Made by a program: the position numbers and the translations under genes. The notes beneath the pieces were generated by a model that was not told the origin of the DNA, did no database searches, and worked only from the letters and a program-made list of their open reading frames with translations. DNA of 37,581 nt, taken from positions 1-37,581 of the forward strand of contig CALRIB010000001.1 in assembly GCA_943359705.1 (NCBI GenBank). The letters run 5' to 3'. How positions within the stretch are numbered: position 1 is the first letter of the stretch; the number at the start of each line of letters is the position of its first letter. Origin of the DNA: Candidatus Nomurabacteria bacterium (GTDB taxonomy: Bacteria > Patescibacteriota > Minisyncoccia > Phycocordibacterales > UBA2100). Below, piece after piece: positions 1-8,127 of this stretch.

Positions 1-2
1 CG

Positions 3-695
3 GAAGTGATGTTGCAGCAGACGCAGGTATCGCGAGTGAGGGAGAAGTATGCGGAGTTTCTCAACGCCTTTCCAAGCGTCCGAACATTGGCAAGGGCGCC
101 CCTCGGCAGTGTGCTCAAGATTTGGTCGGGCCTTGGGTATAACAGGCGAGGGAAATATTTGCGCGATGCGGCAAAAGTAATTGTTGAGAAGTATGGCGGT
201 AACTTCAGAAAGGCACTAGAACATCCGTTGCCCGGAGTCGGGCCATATACGAGAGCTGCCGTTCGAGCCTTTTCGTTCAATGAGCCCTGTGTATTAATCG
301 AAACAAATATTCGCGCCGTGTATATGCATCATTTCTATACTAGTGTTTTGCAAAAGACTAGCATAGCGGATAGTGAGATTTTTCCTTTAGCAGAAGCCGC
401 GGGAAGAGGGCAAGATCCGCGAACGTGGAACTGGGCGCTGATGGATTATGGCGCGTACCTCAAGCGTTCCGGTGTTCGGAACAATGTGCGGAGCGCACAT
501 TACACCAAGCAATCGAAGTTCGAAGGCAGTCTACGGCAAGTGCGGGGAGAAATTCTCCGCCGTTTGATGAAGGGGGAAAATGGGAAAAAAAGGGAAGACC
601 TGCCTGCCGGCAGGCAGGAATGGAAAAAGGCGCTCGCTTCGCTCGCGCGCGACGGGCTTATCGTAAAAGACGGGAACCACTGGAGGATTGCATAG
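3..695 (+). CDS. mutY: A/G-specific adenine glycosylase-like HhH-GPD protein, 5'-truncated by the window edge
   Basis: EVMLQQTQV, WSGLGYNRR, HhH motif LPGVGPYT, ETNIR, NWALMDYGA. The frame is open to the window start. Confidence 0.9.
   Translation, partial: EVMLQQTQVSRVREKYAEFLNAFPSVRTLARAPLGSVLKIWSGLGYNRRGKYLRDAAKVIVEKYGGNFRKALEHPLPGVGPYTRAAVRAFSFNEPCVLIETNIRAVYMHHFYTSVLQKTSIADSEIFPLAEAAGRGQDPRTWNWALMDYGAYLKRSGVRNNVRSAHYTKQSKFEGSLRQVRGEILRRLMKGENGKKREDLPAGRQEWKKALASLARDGLIVKDGNHWRIA
599..618. repeat. 20-bp perfect palindrome CCTGCCTGCCGGCAGGCAGG inside mutY (read as LPAGRQ)
   Basis: The sequence equals its own reverse complement; an 18/20 copy lies at 15846-15865. Confidence 0.85.
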
Positions 696-696
696 C

Positions 697-1038
697 TTAC
701 GCCGCCCCTTTCAGTTTATCTGCCTTCGCTTTTTTCCGTAAGAAATACACTCGGGTAGTCCAGCCCGGAAATATGCTTGTGCCTACCATGAATTCCGAAA
801 GCGCCGTCGTGAAGGTCCAGCCGAAATTGCCGGATCCAAAAATATCTATGCCCTCTGATTTGCCGGCGAGCCACAGCGCACCTAATGTTATAGGACTTTC
901 AGCCACATTTGTCACCTGAAATATGCTCACAAAGTCGCCGACGATGGCGATGAAGTACATAATCATATTTACATTGTACCTCTTGGCGGGGTTAGCTTGA
1001 AAGAAAAAGGGAAGTGGCGCATAGCGTAATATAGACAA
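697..1038 (-). CDS. Hypothetical small membrane protein (start uncertain)
   Basis: ORF fills the gap convergent with mutY; hydrophobic stretches and a basic C-terminus. Confidence 0.4.
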   Translation of the reverse strand: MSILRYAPLPFFFQANPAKRYNVNMIMYFIAIVGDFVSIFQVTNVAESPITLGALWLAGKSEGIDIFGSGNFGWTFTTALSEFMVGTSIFPGWTTRVYFLRKKAKADKLKGAA

Positions 1039-1039
1039 A

Positions 1040-1064
1040 ACGGCAAGACTGACCGTCTTGCCGT
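1040..1064 (-). terminator. Intrinsic terminator-like hairpin
   Basis: ACGGCAAGAC-N5-GTCTTGCCGT 10-bp stem with a short T-run on the minus strand, downstream of 1091..1315. Confidence 0.6.
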
Positions 1065-1090
1065 ATTAACGAACCGCTTCAACGGCCCGT

Positions 1091-1315
1091 TTACTTCTTT
1101 GCGCTCACCACCAGAACCGGTTGGGACAGTTCGACGTAACCGGCGTCGAGTTTTTTCGGCGCGACATGCGGTTCCTCCTTGGTCGATTTCTTATTGCGGA
1201 ATCTGCATTTCTTGACCGATTTGACGGGGTATTGCATTCCGGCGTCGTCTGCGACCAACACCTCCGTGTTGTCCGGAAGATGTGCGGTTGACCTTCTCAG
1301 ATTACCCAAATTCAT
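1091..1315 (-). CDS. Hypothetical small protein
   Basis: 74-aa ORF with a GGAG SD-like sequence upstream and a hairpin downstream. Confidence 0.55.
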   Translation of the reverse strand: MNLGNLRRSTAHLPDNTEVLVADDAGMQYPVKSVKKCRFRNKKSTKEEPHVAPKKLDAGYVELSQPVLVVSAKK

Positions 1316-1383
1316 GGCGGAATCTCCGTTAGCGGCGGGGTTGCGTGTGCCGACTGCGACTATAGTAATCCGTCAAAAGGTTG

Positions 1384-3300
1384 TCAAACACTCACGATAA
1401 CCGGGATGACGATCGGGCGTTTCATGGTGCGCTGGAGCAGGAAGCGGGAGACGGATTCGGCGAGGTCATCGCGGGCGGCGTCGAGGTCGGCGGCGCGGGG
1501 GTTGCGGAGTGATGTTTCTACACTTTTGCGGATGATGAGACGAGTTTGGTCCATCAGGTCTTTGTTGTCACGCAGATACACGAAACCGCGCGAGATGATG
1601 TCAGGAGATTTGTGTAATTTACCGGTGCGGCGGTCTACCGTAGCCACGACGACACAGAAGCCTTCCTGTCCGAGTGCTTTGCGGTCGCGCATCAGGACAT
1701 CGGAGAGTTCGCTCACGGTCTGCCCTTCCACAACGCGGAGTTCTGACGGCGCTTTAACGGAGAGCTTCACGATCTTCTCGCCGCCGTTCTGGATTTCGAT
1801 GATGGAGCCGTTGTCGGGGATGGAAATATTCTTTTGGTCGACGCCCATCTCAACGGCGAGGTCGGCGTGGACGCGAAGCATGTAATGGTAGCCGTGGACG
1901 GGGATGAAGAATTTGGGTTTGATTTGGCGGTGAATCCACGAGGCTTCTTCTCTGTTGCCGTGACCGGAGGCGTGCACGTCGCTCGCGTGGTAGGTGATGA
2001 TGTGCGCGCCCTGGCGCGAGAGGTTGTCTTTGAGTTTCTGCACAGCACGCTCGTTGCCCGGAATGACGGAGGAAGAGAGGACGATGGTGTCGCTCGGCTG
2101 CAGGCGGATATATTTGTGCGTTTTGTTGCCGATGCGGGCGAGTGAGGCGAATTCGTCGCCTTGCGCGCCGGTCGCGAGAATGATGATGCGCTCCGGCGGG
2201 TACTGGCCCATGTTCTCCACGGCGACGACGGTGTCGTCTTTGTATTTAATGAGGCCGATTTCACGCGCGATTTCGATGTTGGTGCGCATCGAGCGGCCGT
2301 CAATGACGATTTTCTTGCCGAATTGTTCGGCGAAGTGCACGACGCGGATGAGACGCTCGAGGTGAGAGGCGAACATGGCAACGATAAGGCGACCCTTTGT
2401 ATCGCGGATGATGGCTTCAAGTGTGCGGTACACCGTGGACTCCGGAATGGAGAAGCCCGGTTGCCAAACGTTGGTAGAGTCCATGAGTAGCGCCAAGACT
2501 TTGCGGTGTTTGAAGATGCCGAATTCCTGGTGTTCTTCTTCGGAAGGTTCGCCGCCTTCATGGTTGAGCTTGATGTCACCGGTGAAGACCACATCGCCCT
2601 GCGGCGTTTCGATGATGATACCCATTGAGTCGGGCACGGTGTGTGTGACGCCGAAGAAGCGAATGGTCGTCGCGCCGAGTTTCAAGACTTCGCTCTTCTC
2701 GACTTCGCGGATGTTGGTCGGCGGCAGGTGGGTAAACTCTTCCTGGCGCTTTTTAATCATCATGCCCGTGAGTTTGCGGGTATAGATGGTGGGGTTCCCG
2801 ATGCGGTCGATGATGTACGGAATGCCGCCGATGTGGTCGAGGTGGCCGTGCGAAATGAGGAGTCCGCGGATTTTGTCGCGGCGCTCTTCGAGATAGCTCG
2901 TGTTGGGCAGAATGTAGTCGATGCCGGGCGTCTCGTCTTCGCGGAATTGGAATCCGCAGTCGAGGATGAAAATGTCGTTACCGACTTCGACGGCGGTCAT
3001 GTTGCGGCCGATTTCTTCGACGCCGCCGAGCGGGATGATGCGTACGCTGTCAGATGCGAGCGGGGGGACGACGACGACGGGTCGGCGCTCCGAGGGAGCC
3101 TGGTGCTCTACGCGGCTGCGTCCGCGACGCGGCGGGTGAGAGGGTCGGCCACCGCGCCCGAAGGATCGGCGTCCGCCTCCGCCTCCGCGTTGCGGCATCG
3201 GGCGACCACCCGGTCGATTGTGCTGCGGCGGGCGCGGCTGACCCGGCGTGTGTCCGGGAGTTCCGGAAGGTTGAGGATTGGGCTGTGAAGTATTGTCCAT
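1384..3300 (-). CDS. rnj: Ribonuclease J (beta-CASP metallo-beta-lactamase) with an N-terminal low-complexity extension
   Basis: IIPLGGVEEIGRNM, SHGHLDHIGG, HTVPD, FTGD, DSTN, TGAQGD, VHASGHG, FIPVHG, ISRGFVY. Confidence 0.97.
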   Translation of the reverse strand: MDNTSQPNPQPSGTPGHTPGQPRPPQHNRPGGRPMPQRGGGGGRRSFGRGGRPSHPPRRGRSRVEHQAPSERRPVVVVPPLASDSVRIIPLGGVEEIGRNMTAVEVGNDIFILDCGFQFREDETPGIDYILPNTSYLEERRDKIRGLLISHGHLDHIGGIPYIIDRIGNPTIYTRKLTGMMIKKRQEEFTHLPPTNIREVEKSEVLKLGATTIRFFGVTHTVPDSMGIIIETPQGDVVFTGDIKLNHEGGEPSEEEHQEFGIFKHRKVLALLMDSTNVWQPGFSIPESTVYRTLEAIIRDTKGRLIVAMFASHLERLIRVVHFAEQFGKKIVIDGRSMRTNIEIAREIGLIKYKDDTVVAVENMGQYPPERIIILATGAQGDEFASLARIGNKTHKYIRLQPSDTIVLSSSVIPGNERAVQKLKDNLSRQGAHIITYHASDVHASGHGNREEASWIHRQIKPKFFIPVHGYHYMLRVHADLAVEMGVDQKNISIPDNGSIIEIQNGGEKIVKLSVKAPSELRVVEGQTVSELSDVLMRDRKALGQEGFCVVVATVDRRTGKLHKSPDIISRGFVYLRDNKDLMDQTRLIIRKSVETSLRNPRAADLDAARDDLAESVSRFLLQRTMKRPIVIPVIVSV

Positions 3301-3313
3301 ACTAGATTGTTAA

Positions 3314-5089
3314 TTAATTAGTTTTGTCGCTGAATATATTCCACACACGCTCGGTCTCGGTGTACCACTGGTACACGTTCGCAAAGCGTTCAGCGGGTGA
3401 TGTGAGCGCGCCGAGTGCAGCGCCATGCAGTTTTGGCGGTACCACATAGAGGAAGTCGGGCGCATACAGGAAAACAGCCGGCGCGTCTTTTTGCACGAGC
3501 GATGCGAATTGCGTGTAGAGTTTTTCGCGCTCTTTGCCGTCGGTCGTTGCGCGCGCGTCGGAAAGCAGAGCGTCCACTTTGACATTGGCATACAGCGCGA
3601 GATTGAGACCGGGGTCGTTGCGCTGACTCGAGTGCCAGAAGGCGAACAGATCAAGCGTGCGCCCCACTACTTCTCCGAAGAGCACCGCGTCGTACGCGCG
3701 CGGCCGGATAATAGTCGAGTTTAGCTCCGACAGCGAGTACACATGAACGTCGACCGGGATGCCTGCCGCTCGCCACGAGGCGGCGAGTATTTCGGCTGTG
3801 TGCGAGAGCTCCGGTTCGTCCGCGGTCGCAAGCGTGAAGGAGAGCGTGTTCTTGCCCTTTTTCCACGCGCCGGCCGCATCGTCAAATTTCCATCCGCCGC
3901 GCAAGAGGATGGTCCGCGCCGTCTCCGCATTCGGTGTCGAAGAGGCGAACGTCGAATGTTTTTCGAGAGGCGCAGGAACTGCAGCGACGTTCGCGCCCAA
4001 AAGCCCGGGCGGGATAGGACCCTCGAGCGTCGCCCCGTAGCCTCGAAGCACTTCGTTGACGAGCGCTTGTTTGTCGACTGCAGCGTTCAATGCGTCGCGG
4101 GCCGAAGCATCGGCAAGTGCCGTGTTCTTGTTCTGATTGAAAAAGATACCGAATGTGCGCGGCAAAACCGTGCGCACGATAGAAGTGTCGGCCTTTAGCT
4201 CGGAGACCTCGGACGGTGTGATGCCGGCGAAACTGTCGATGTAGCCGGAATTGTACGCGGCGACAAGCCCCTCCTCATTGGGGTAAAACAAGAAGGAGAT
4301 CTTTTTCAGGTAGGGTTCGCCGAGCGTAAATTGTTTGAACGATGCAAGCGTGTAGCGAGTCGCCGAACCCGTGGCGTCGGTGGCCAAACCCGCGATGCGG
4401 TACGGACCGCTGCCGACCGGGTGCGTGTTGAGCGGACTGAACGGGAATTCTTCGGCGGAAATGTTTTGCCAGAGATGCTGCGGCAGGATACCGAGTGTTG
4501 TGTTCTCCAAGAAGGGTGCGTACGGATGCGGGAGCTTAAAGACGACGGTTTGCTTGTCGGGGGCAGAAACAGCTACACCTTCCCAGTCGGCGCGGTGCTG
4601 ACTTTTGATGTCGGGGTTCTGGGCTTTTTGCACGGTGAAGACGACATCCGCGGATGTGACGGCCGAGCCGTCGTGGAAGGTCGCGTTGGCGCGGAGCGTA
4701 AAGGTGTAAGTCGTGCCGTCCTCCGAGATGTCATACGATTCCGCGAGGTCGGGGATGAGCGAGCCGTCGGGAAGCGCGCGCATCAATCCGGAATAGACCA
4801 GCGCCGAGAGGTCGGCATCGGGTTCGGAGAGTGTGAGCAGGGGGTTGATGAAACGTGCCGGGCCGACGACGCCTTCGGTGAGAGAGCCGCCGACCGCGGG
4901 GACGTCGACCGAAACAGCCGCGTTGGCGCCTGCCAGTAATATAAAGGTGCTACCCGCGAGTAGCGCCGTCAATATATAGAGCACCAGCCGCTCGCCGGGT
5001 GAGAAGCGGTGCAGCTTGCCTTCAAGCCCGGAGAATTTCGGGAGCGGACGGTGTCGTGTCAATTTTTCAGTATATGAATCGAGATCCAT
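3314..5089 (-). CDS. Family 5 (OppA/DppA-like) ABC transporter substrate-binding protein with an N-terminal TM anchor
   Basis: PDLAESYDISEDGTTYTFTLRANATFHDG, DVVFT, PVGSGPY. No permease genes are adjacent. Confidence 0.92.
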   Translation of the reverse strand: MDLDSYTEKLTRHRPLPKFSGLEGKLHRFSPGERLVLYILTALLAGSTFILLAGANAAVSVDVPAVGGSLTEGVVGPARFINPLLTLSEPDADLSALVYSGLMRALPDGSLIPDLAESYDISEDGTTYTFTLRANATFHDGSAVTSADVVFTVQKAQNPDIKSQHRADWEGVAVSAPDKQTVVFKLPHPYAPFLENTTLGILPQHLWQNISAEEFPFSPLNTHPVGSGPYRIAGLATDATGSATRYTLASFKQFTLGEPYLKKISFLFYPNEEGLVAAYNSGYIDSFAGITPSEVSELKADTSIVRTVLPRTFGIFFNQNKNTALADASARDALNAAVDKQALVNEVLRGYGATLEGPIPPGLLGANVAAVPAPLEKHSTFASSTPNAETARTILLRGGWKFDDAAGAWKKGKNTLSFTLATADEPELSHTAEILAASWRAAGIPVDVHVYSLSELNSTIIRPRAYDAVLFGEVVGRTLDLFAFWHSSQRNDPGLNLALYANVKVDALLSDARATTDGKEREKLYTQFASLVQKDAPAVFLYAPDFLYVVPPKLHGAALGALTSPAERFANVYQWYTETERVWNIFSDKTN

Positions 5090-5137
5090 GGCGCGTTAGT
5101 ACGCGCTCGGCGCAGCCGCGGAGGCGGGCGCAAGCGG

Positions 5138-5371
5138 TTAGCTAATTAATAGATTAATGAGTGCCGAGAGGGCAAAAAGAATACCAAGAGTAATAGTGGC
5201 ATAGAAGAGTGTTTTCTCCAAGCCGCGGCGGGTGTGGAAACCCGACGAAAAGTTGTCAGCGCCGAACGCTCCGCCGAGCGCAGCCCCGGTGCGCTGCAAA
5301 AGCACGCACACAATGAGCAGCACGGAGAGTGCTATCTGCACGTACGGCAACACTGACTGGAGGAAACCCAT
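5138..5371 (-). CDS. secG: Preprotein translocase subunit SecG
   Basis: QIALSVLLIVCVLLQ...LGGAFG...TRRGLEKTL with two TM segments. Start 5371 is preferred over 5389. Confidence 0.93.
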   Translation of the reverse strand: MGFLQSVLPYVQIALSVLLIVCVLLQRTGAALGGAFGADNFSSGFHTRRGLEKTLFYATITLGILFALSALINLLIS

Positions 5372-5438
5372 CGCCGAAAAGCCTACCATGAGCCTTTTTA
5401 AAACACAAATGCCACGAAATCATTCGTGGCATCTTCAT

Positions 5439-5464
5439 GCGGCGGCCCCAGATTGGGCCGCCGC
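5439..5464. terminator. GC-rich hairpin downstream of 5479..5892
   Basis: GCGGCGGCCC-N6-GGGCCGCCGC 10-bp perfect stem; no strong U-tract. Confidence 0.45.
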
Positions 5465-5478
5465 TCGATATGGCGTAG

Positions 5479-5892
5479 TTATTCCAACTTACGCGTTAGA
5501 ACAGTATGCCCGCCGAGTTTCTCGATCTTGACTCCTTTACCCTCAAGCTCTTGCCGCTCATGAGGTTCAAGATTGTTGATCCAACGGCCACGGCGATAGG
5601 GAAACGCCCTCGCGTAGTTCCGCTCGATTGGGAGTTGGAATCCCAAGGGTGCACCACCGATTCGCGCAGAGCGAATTACGCTGAAACCGTCCCATGGTTT
5701 CAGAAATATCGCCATGCGCACTTCGCGACGAAGGACTTCCTCCACTTCGAGGAGTCGAGCGATTGGCAGTTTGACAACGGTTCCAAAGCGGATGCATGCC
5801 GATATGTATCCGCACGAGAGCCACAACGTTGCGACAGCCACAAACCATAGCCACAAGGGGAAATCGGGTATTGTCATCAGAGAACCCTCCAT
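5479..5892 (-). CDS. Hypothetical membrane-anchored protein
   Basis: 137-aa ORF filling the secG-groES gap, with an N-terminal hydrophobic helix. Confidence 0.55.
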   Translation of the reverse strand: MEGSLMTIPDFPLWLWFVAVATLWLSCGYISACIRFGTVVKLPIARLLEVEEVLRREVRMAIFLKPWDGFSVIRSARIGGAPLGFQLPIERNYARAFPYRRGRWINNLEPHERQELEGKGVKIEKLGGHTVLTRKLE

Positions 5893-6029
5893 GCGGAAAA
5901 TCCCGCTAGTCGGTATTATGTAACTTTTCTATAATAAATCAAGTTGACCAAAAAGGCCGTTTTCATTTACATTATCTCCGTCGCAGCGTATGCTGCACAT
6001 CTCATTTAGCAGCTCTCAGTCATTTTGAT

Positions 6030-6353
6030 ATGAAAAAAGATCCAGAAGCCAAGATAAACATCCACCCGCTTGCCGACCGCGTACTCATTAAGCGCGTTGA
6101 CGCAAACGAAACGAAATCGCCCTCCGGCATCATCATCCCCGACACCGCCACCAAGGAAAAGTCGAAGATTGGTCTCATTATCGCCGCCGGCCCGGGCCGT
6201 TTCGGCGAAGAAGGCGACCTCATCCCGACGAGTGTGAAAGCCGGTCAGAAAGTTTACTTCAACGCCGGCTGGGACAATGAGGTCAAGCTCGACAAGAGTG
6301 ACGACGAATACTTCCTCGTTCGCGAATCCGACATCCTCGGCATCATCAAATAG
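6030..6353 (+). CDS. groES: Co-chaperonin GroES
   Basis: IHPLADRVLIK, SGIIIPDTA, AGPGR, RESDILGII; directly upstream of groEL. Confidence 0.98.
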   Translation: MKKDPEAKINIHPLADRVLIKRVDANETKSPSGIIIPDTATKEKSKIGLIIAAGPGRFGEEGDLIPTSVKAGQKVYFNAGWDNEVKLDKSDDEYFLVRESDILGIIK

Positions 6354-6381
6354 TCATTAGTCATAAGTCATCAGAAAAAAC

Positions 6382-8028
6382 ATGGCAAAACAAGTTATTT
6401 TCGACCAGGACGTACGCAACGCGCTGAAGCGCGGCGTGGACATCGTCGCCAACGCGGTCAAAGTCACCATCGGTCCCCGTGGCCGCAACGTCGCGCTCTC
6501 GAAATCGTGGGGCGGCCCGACCATCACCAACGACGGTGTTTCTATCGCGAAGGAAATTTCTCTCGCAGACAAATTTGAAGACATGGGCGCGAGCATAGTG
6601 AAGGAGGTTGCTACCAAAACCAACGACAAGGCAGGTGACGGCACCACCACGGCCGTGGTACTCACACAAGCGATTGTGCACGAGGGCTTGAAGCGCACTG
6701 CGCTCGGCGCCAACGCGATGATGGTGCGCCGCGGTATCGAAGCGGCTGCCAAAGACGCAGTGGCTGAACTCAAGAAAATGTCGAAGCCGGTTCACGGCAA
6801 GCAGGAAATCAAGCAAGTCGCCAGCATCTCAGCTGAATCAGAGGAATTGGGCGAAAAAATCGCCGAAGTCGTCAGCAAAGTGGGCAAGGACGGCGTCGTC
6901 ACGGTGGAGGAATCGCAGGCCACCGGCATCGATTCCGAATACGTGGAAGGCTTGGAGTTCGACAAGGGCTACGTGTCGGCCTACATGATCTCAAACGCTG
7001 AGCGCATGGAAGCGGAAGTCAAAGACGCATCCATCCTCATCACCGACAAGAAAATTTCCGCAGTCAAAGACATCCTCCCGCTGCTCGAAAAAATTGCACA
7101 ATCGGGAAAACGCGACCTCGTCATCATCGCCGACGACGTGGAAGGCGAAGCGCTCACCACGTTTGTGGTCAATAAATTGAAAGGCGTATTCAACATCCTC
7201 GCGGTCAAAGCGCCGGGCTACGGCGATCGCAAGAAAGAAATGCTCGCTGACATCGCGACGACCGTCGGCGCGCAGGTCATCTCCGAAGACCTCGGTACCA
7301 AACTCGAGAACGCGGAGCTCACGATGCTCGGGCGTGCGAATCGCGTCGTGGCCACCAAAGATTCCACCATCATCATCGGCGGCAAGGGCAAAAAGAGCGA
7401 CATCGAGTCGCGCGTCGCCCAAATACGCAAACAGCTTGAGAATACCGACTCGAAGTTCGACAAAGAAAAGCTTGAGGAGCGCGTGGCCAAGCTCACCGGC
7501 GGCGTGGCCGTCATCCGCGTGGGTGCTGCCACAGAGACCGAGATGAAATACTTGAAAGACAAGATCGAGGACGCGGTCAATGCGACGAAAGCTGCGATTG
7601 CCGAGGGCATCGTACCGGGTGGAGGCGCAGCGCTCGCAAAAGTAGGCGAGAAGCTGGGCAAGAAAATTGACCCGAAGGCGCACGATGAGTACACCATCGG
7701 GTATCGCATTCTTCTCTCCGCGCTCTCCGCGCCCTTCCTCCAAATCTGCAAAAATTCCGGTCGCGAGGACGGCGCCGTGCTTTTGAAAGAAATCGTCTCG
7801 AAGCAGGGCGCGTTCGGTTTCAACGCCGCAAGCGAGAGTGAGGAAGCGCAAATCGTCGACATGTATGAAGCCGGCATCATCGACCCGGTTAAGGTGACAA
7901 GAAGCTGCGTGGAAAATGCCGCATCGGCATCAGCCGTACTTCTGACCACAGAAGCAGCGGTCGCAGATATTCCTGAAGACAAGAAAGCTCCTACGCCGGG
8001 AATGGGTGGAATGGGGGAAATGGATTAA
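6382..8028 (+). CDS. groEL: Chaperonin GroEL
   Basis: TIGPRGRNV, TITNDGVSIAKEI, AGDGTTTA, KAPGYGDRKKEML, GIIDPVKVTR, GGM tail. Confidence 0.99.
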   Translation: MAKQVIFDQDVRNALKRGVDIVANAVKVTIGPRGRNVALSKSWGGPTITNDGVSIAKEISLADKFEDMGASIVKEVATKTNDKAGDGTTTAVVLTQAIVHEGLKRTALGANAMMVRRGIEAAAKDAVAELKKMSKPVHGKQEIKQVASISAESEELGEKIAEVVSKVGKDGVVTVEESQATGIDSEYVEGLEFDKGYVSAYMISNAERMEAEVKDASILITDKKISAVKDILPLLEKIAQSGKRDLVIIADDVEGEALTTFVVNKLKGVFNILAVKAPGYGDRKKEMLADIATTVGAQVISEDLGTKLENAELTMLGRANRVVATKDSTIIIGGKGKKSDIESRVAQIRKQLENTDSKFDKEKLEERVAKLTGGVAVIRVGAATETEMKYLKDKIEDAVNATKAAIAEGIVPGGGAALAKVGEKLGKKIDPKAHDEYTIGYRILLSALSAPFLQICKNSGREDGAVLLKEIVSKQGAFGFNAASESEEAQIVDMYEAGIIDPVKVTRSCVENAASASAVLLTTEAAVADIPEDKKAPTPGMGGMGEMD

Positions 8029-8048
8029 GAAAGGGAACAAGAGAAACA

Positions 8049-8073
8049 AGCGGCCGCCCTACGGGCGGCCGCT
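8049..8073 (+). terminator. Hairpin after groEL
   Basis: AGCGGCCGCCC-TAC-GGGCGGCCGCT 11-bp stem. Confidence 0.65.
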
Positions 8074-8127
8074 GTCGTATTCACAGGCTCACCACGCAGC
8101 ACTCCAAAGCACTGCTATCATGAAGCT

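Noticed and set aside
6006..6033. CIRCE element upstream of groES
   Set aside because: Only a left-arm-like TTAGCAGCTC is present; there is no GAGTGCTAA right arm.
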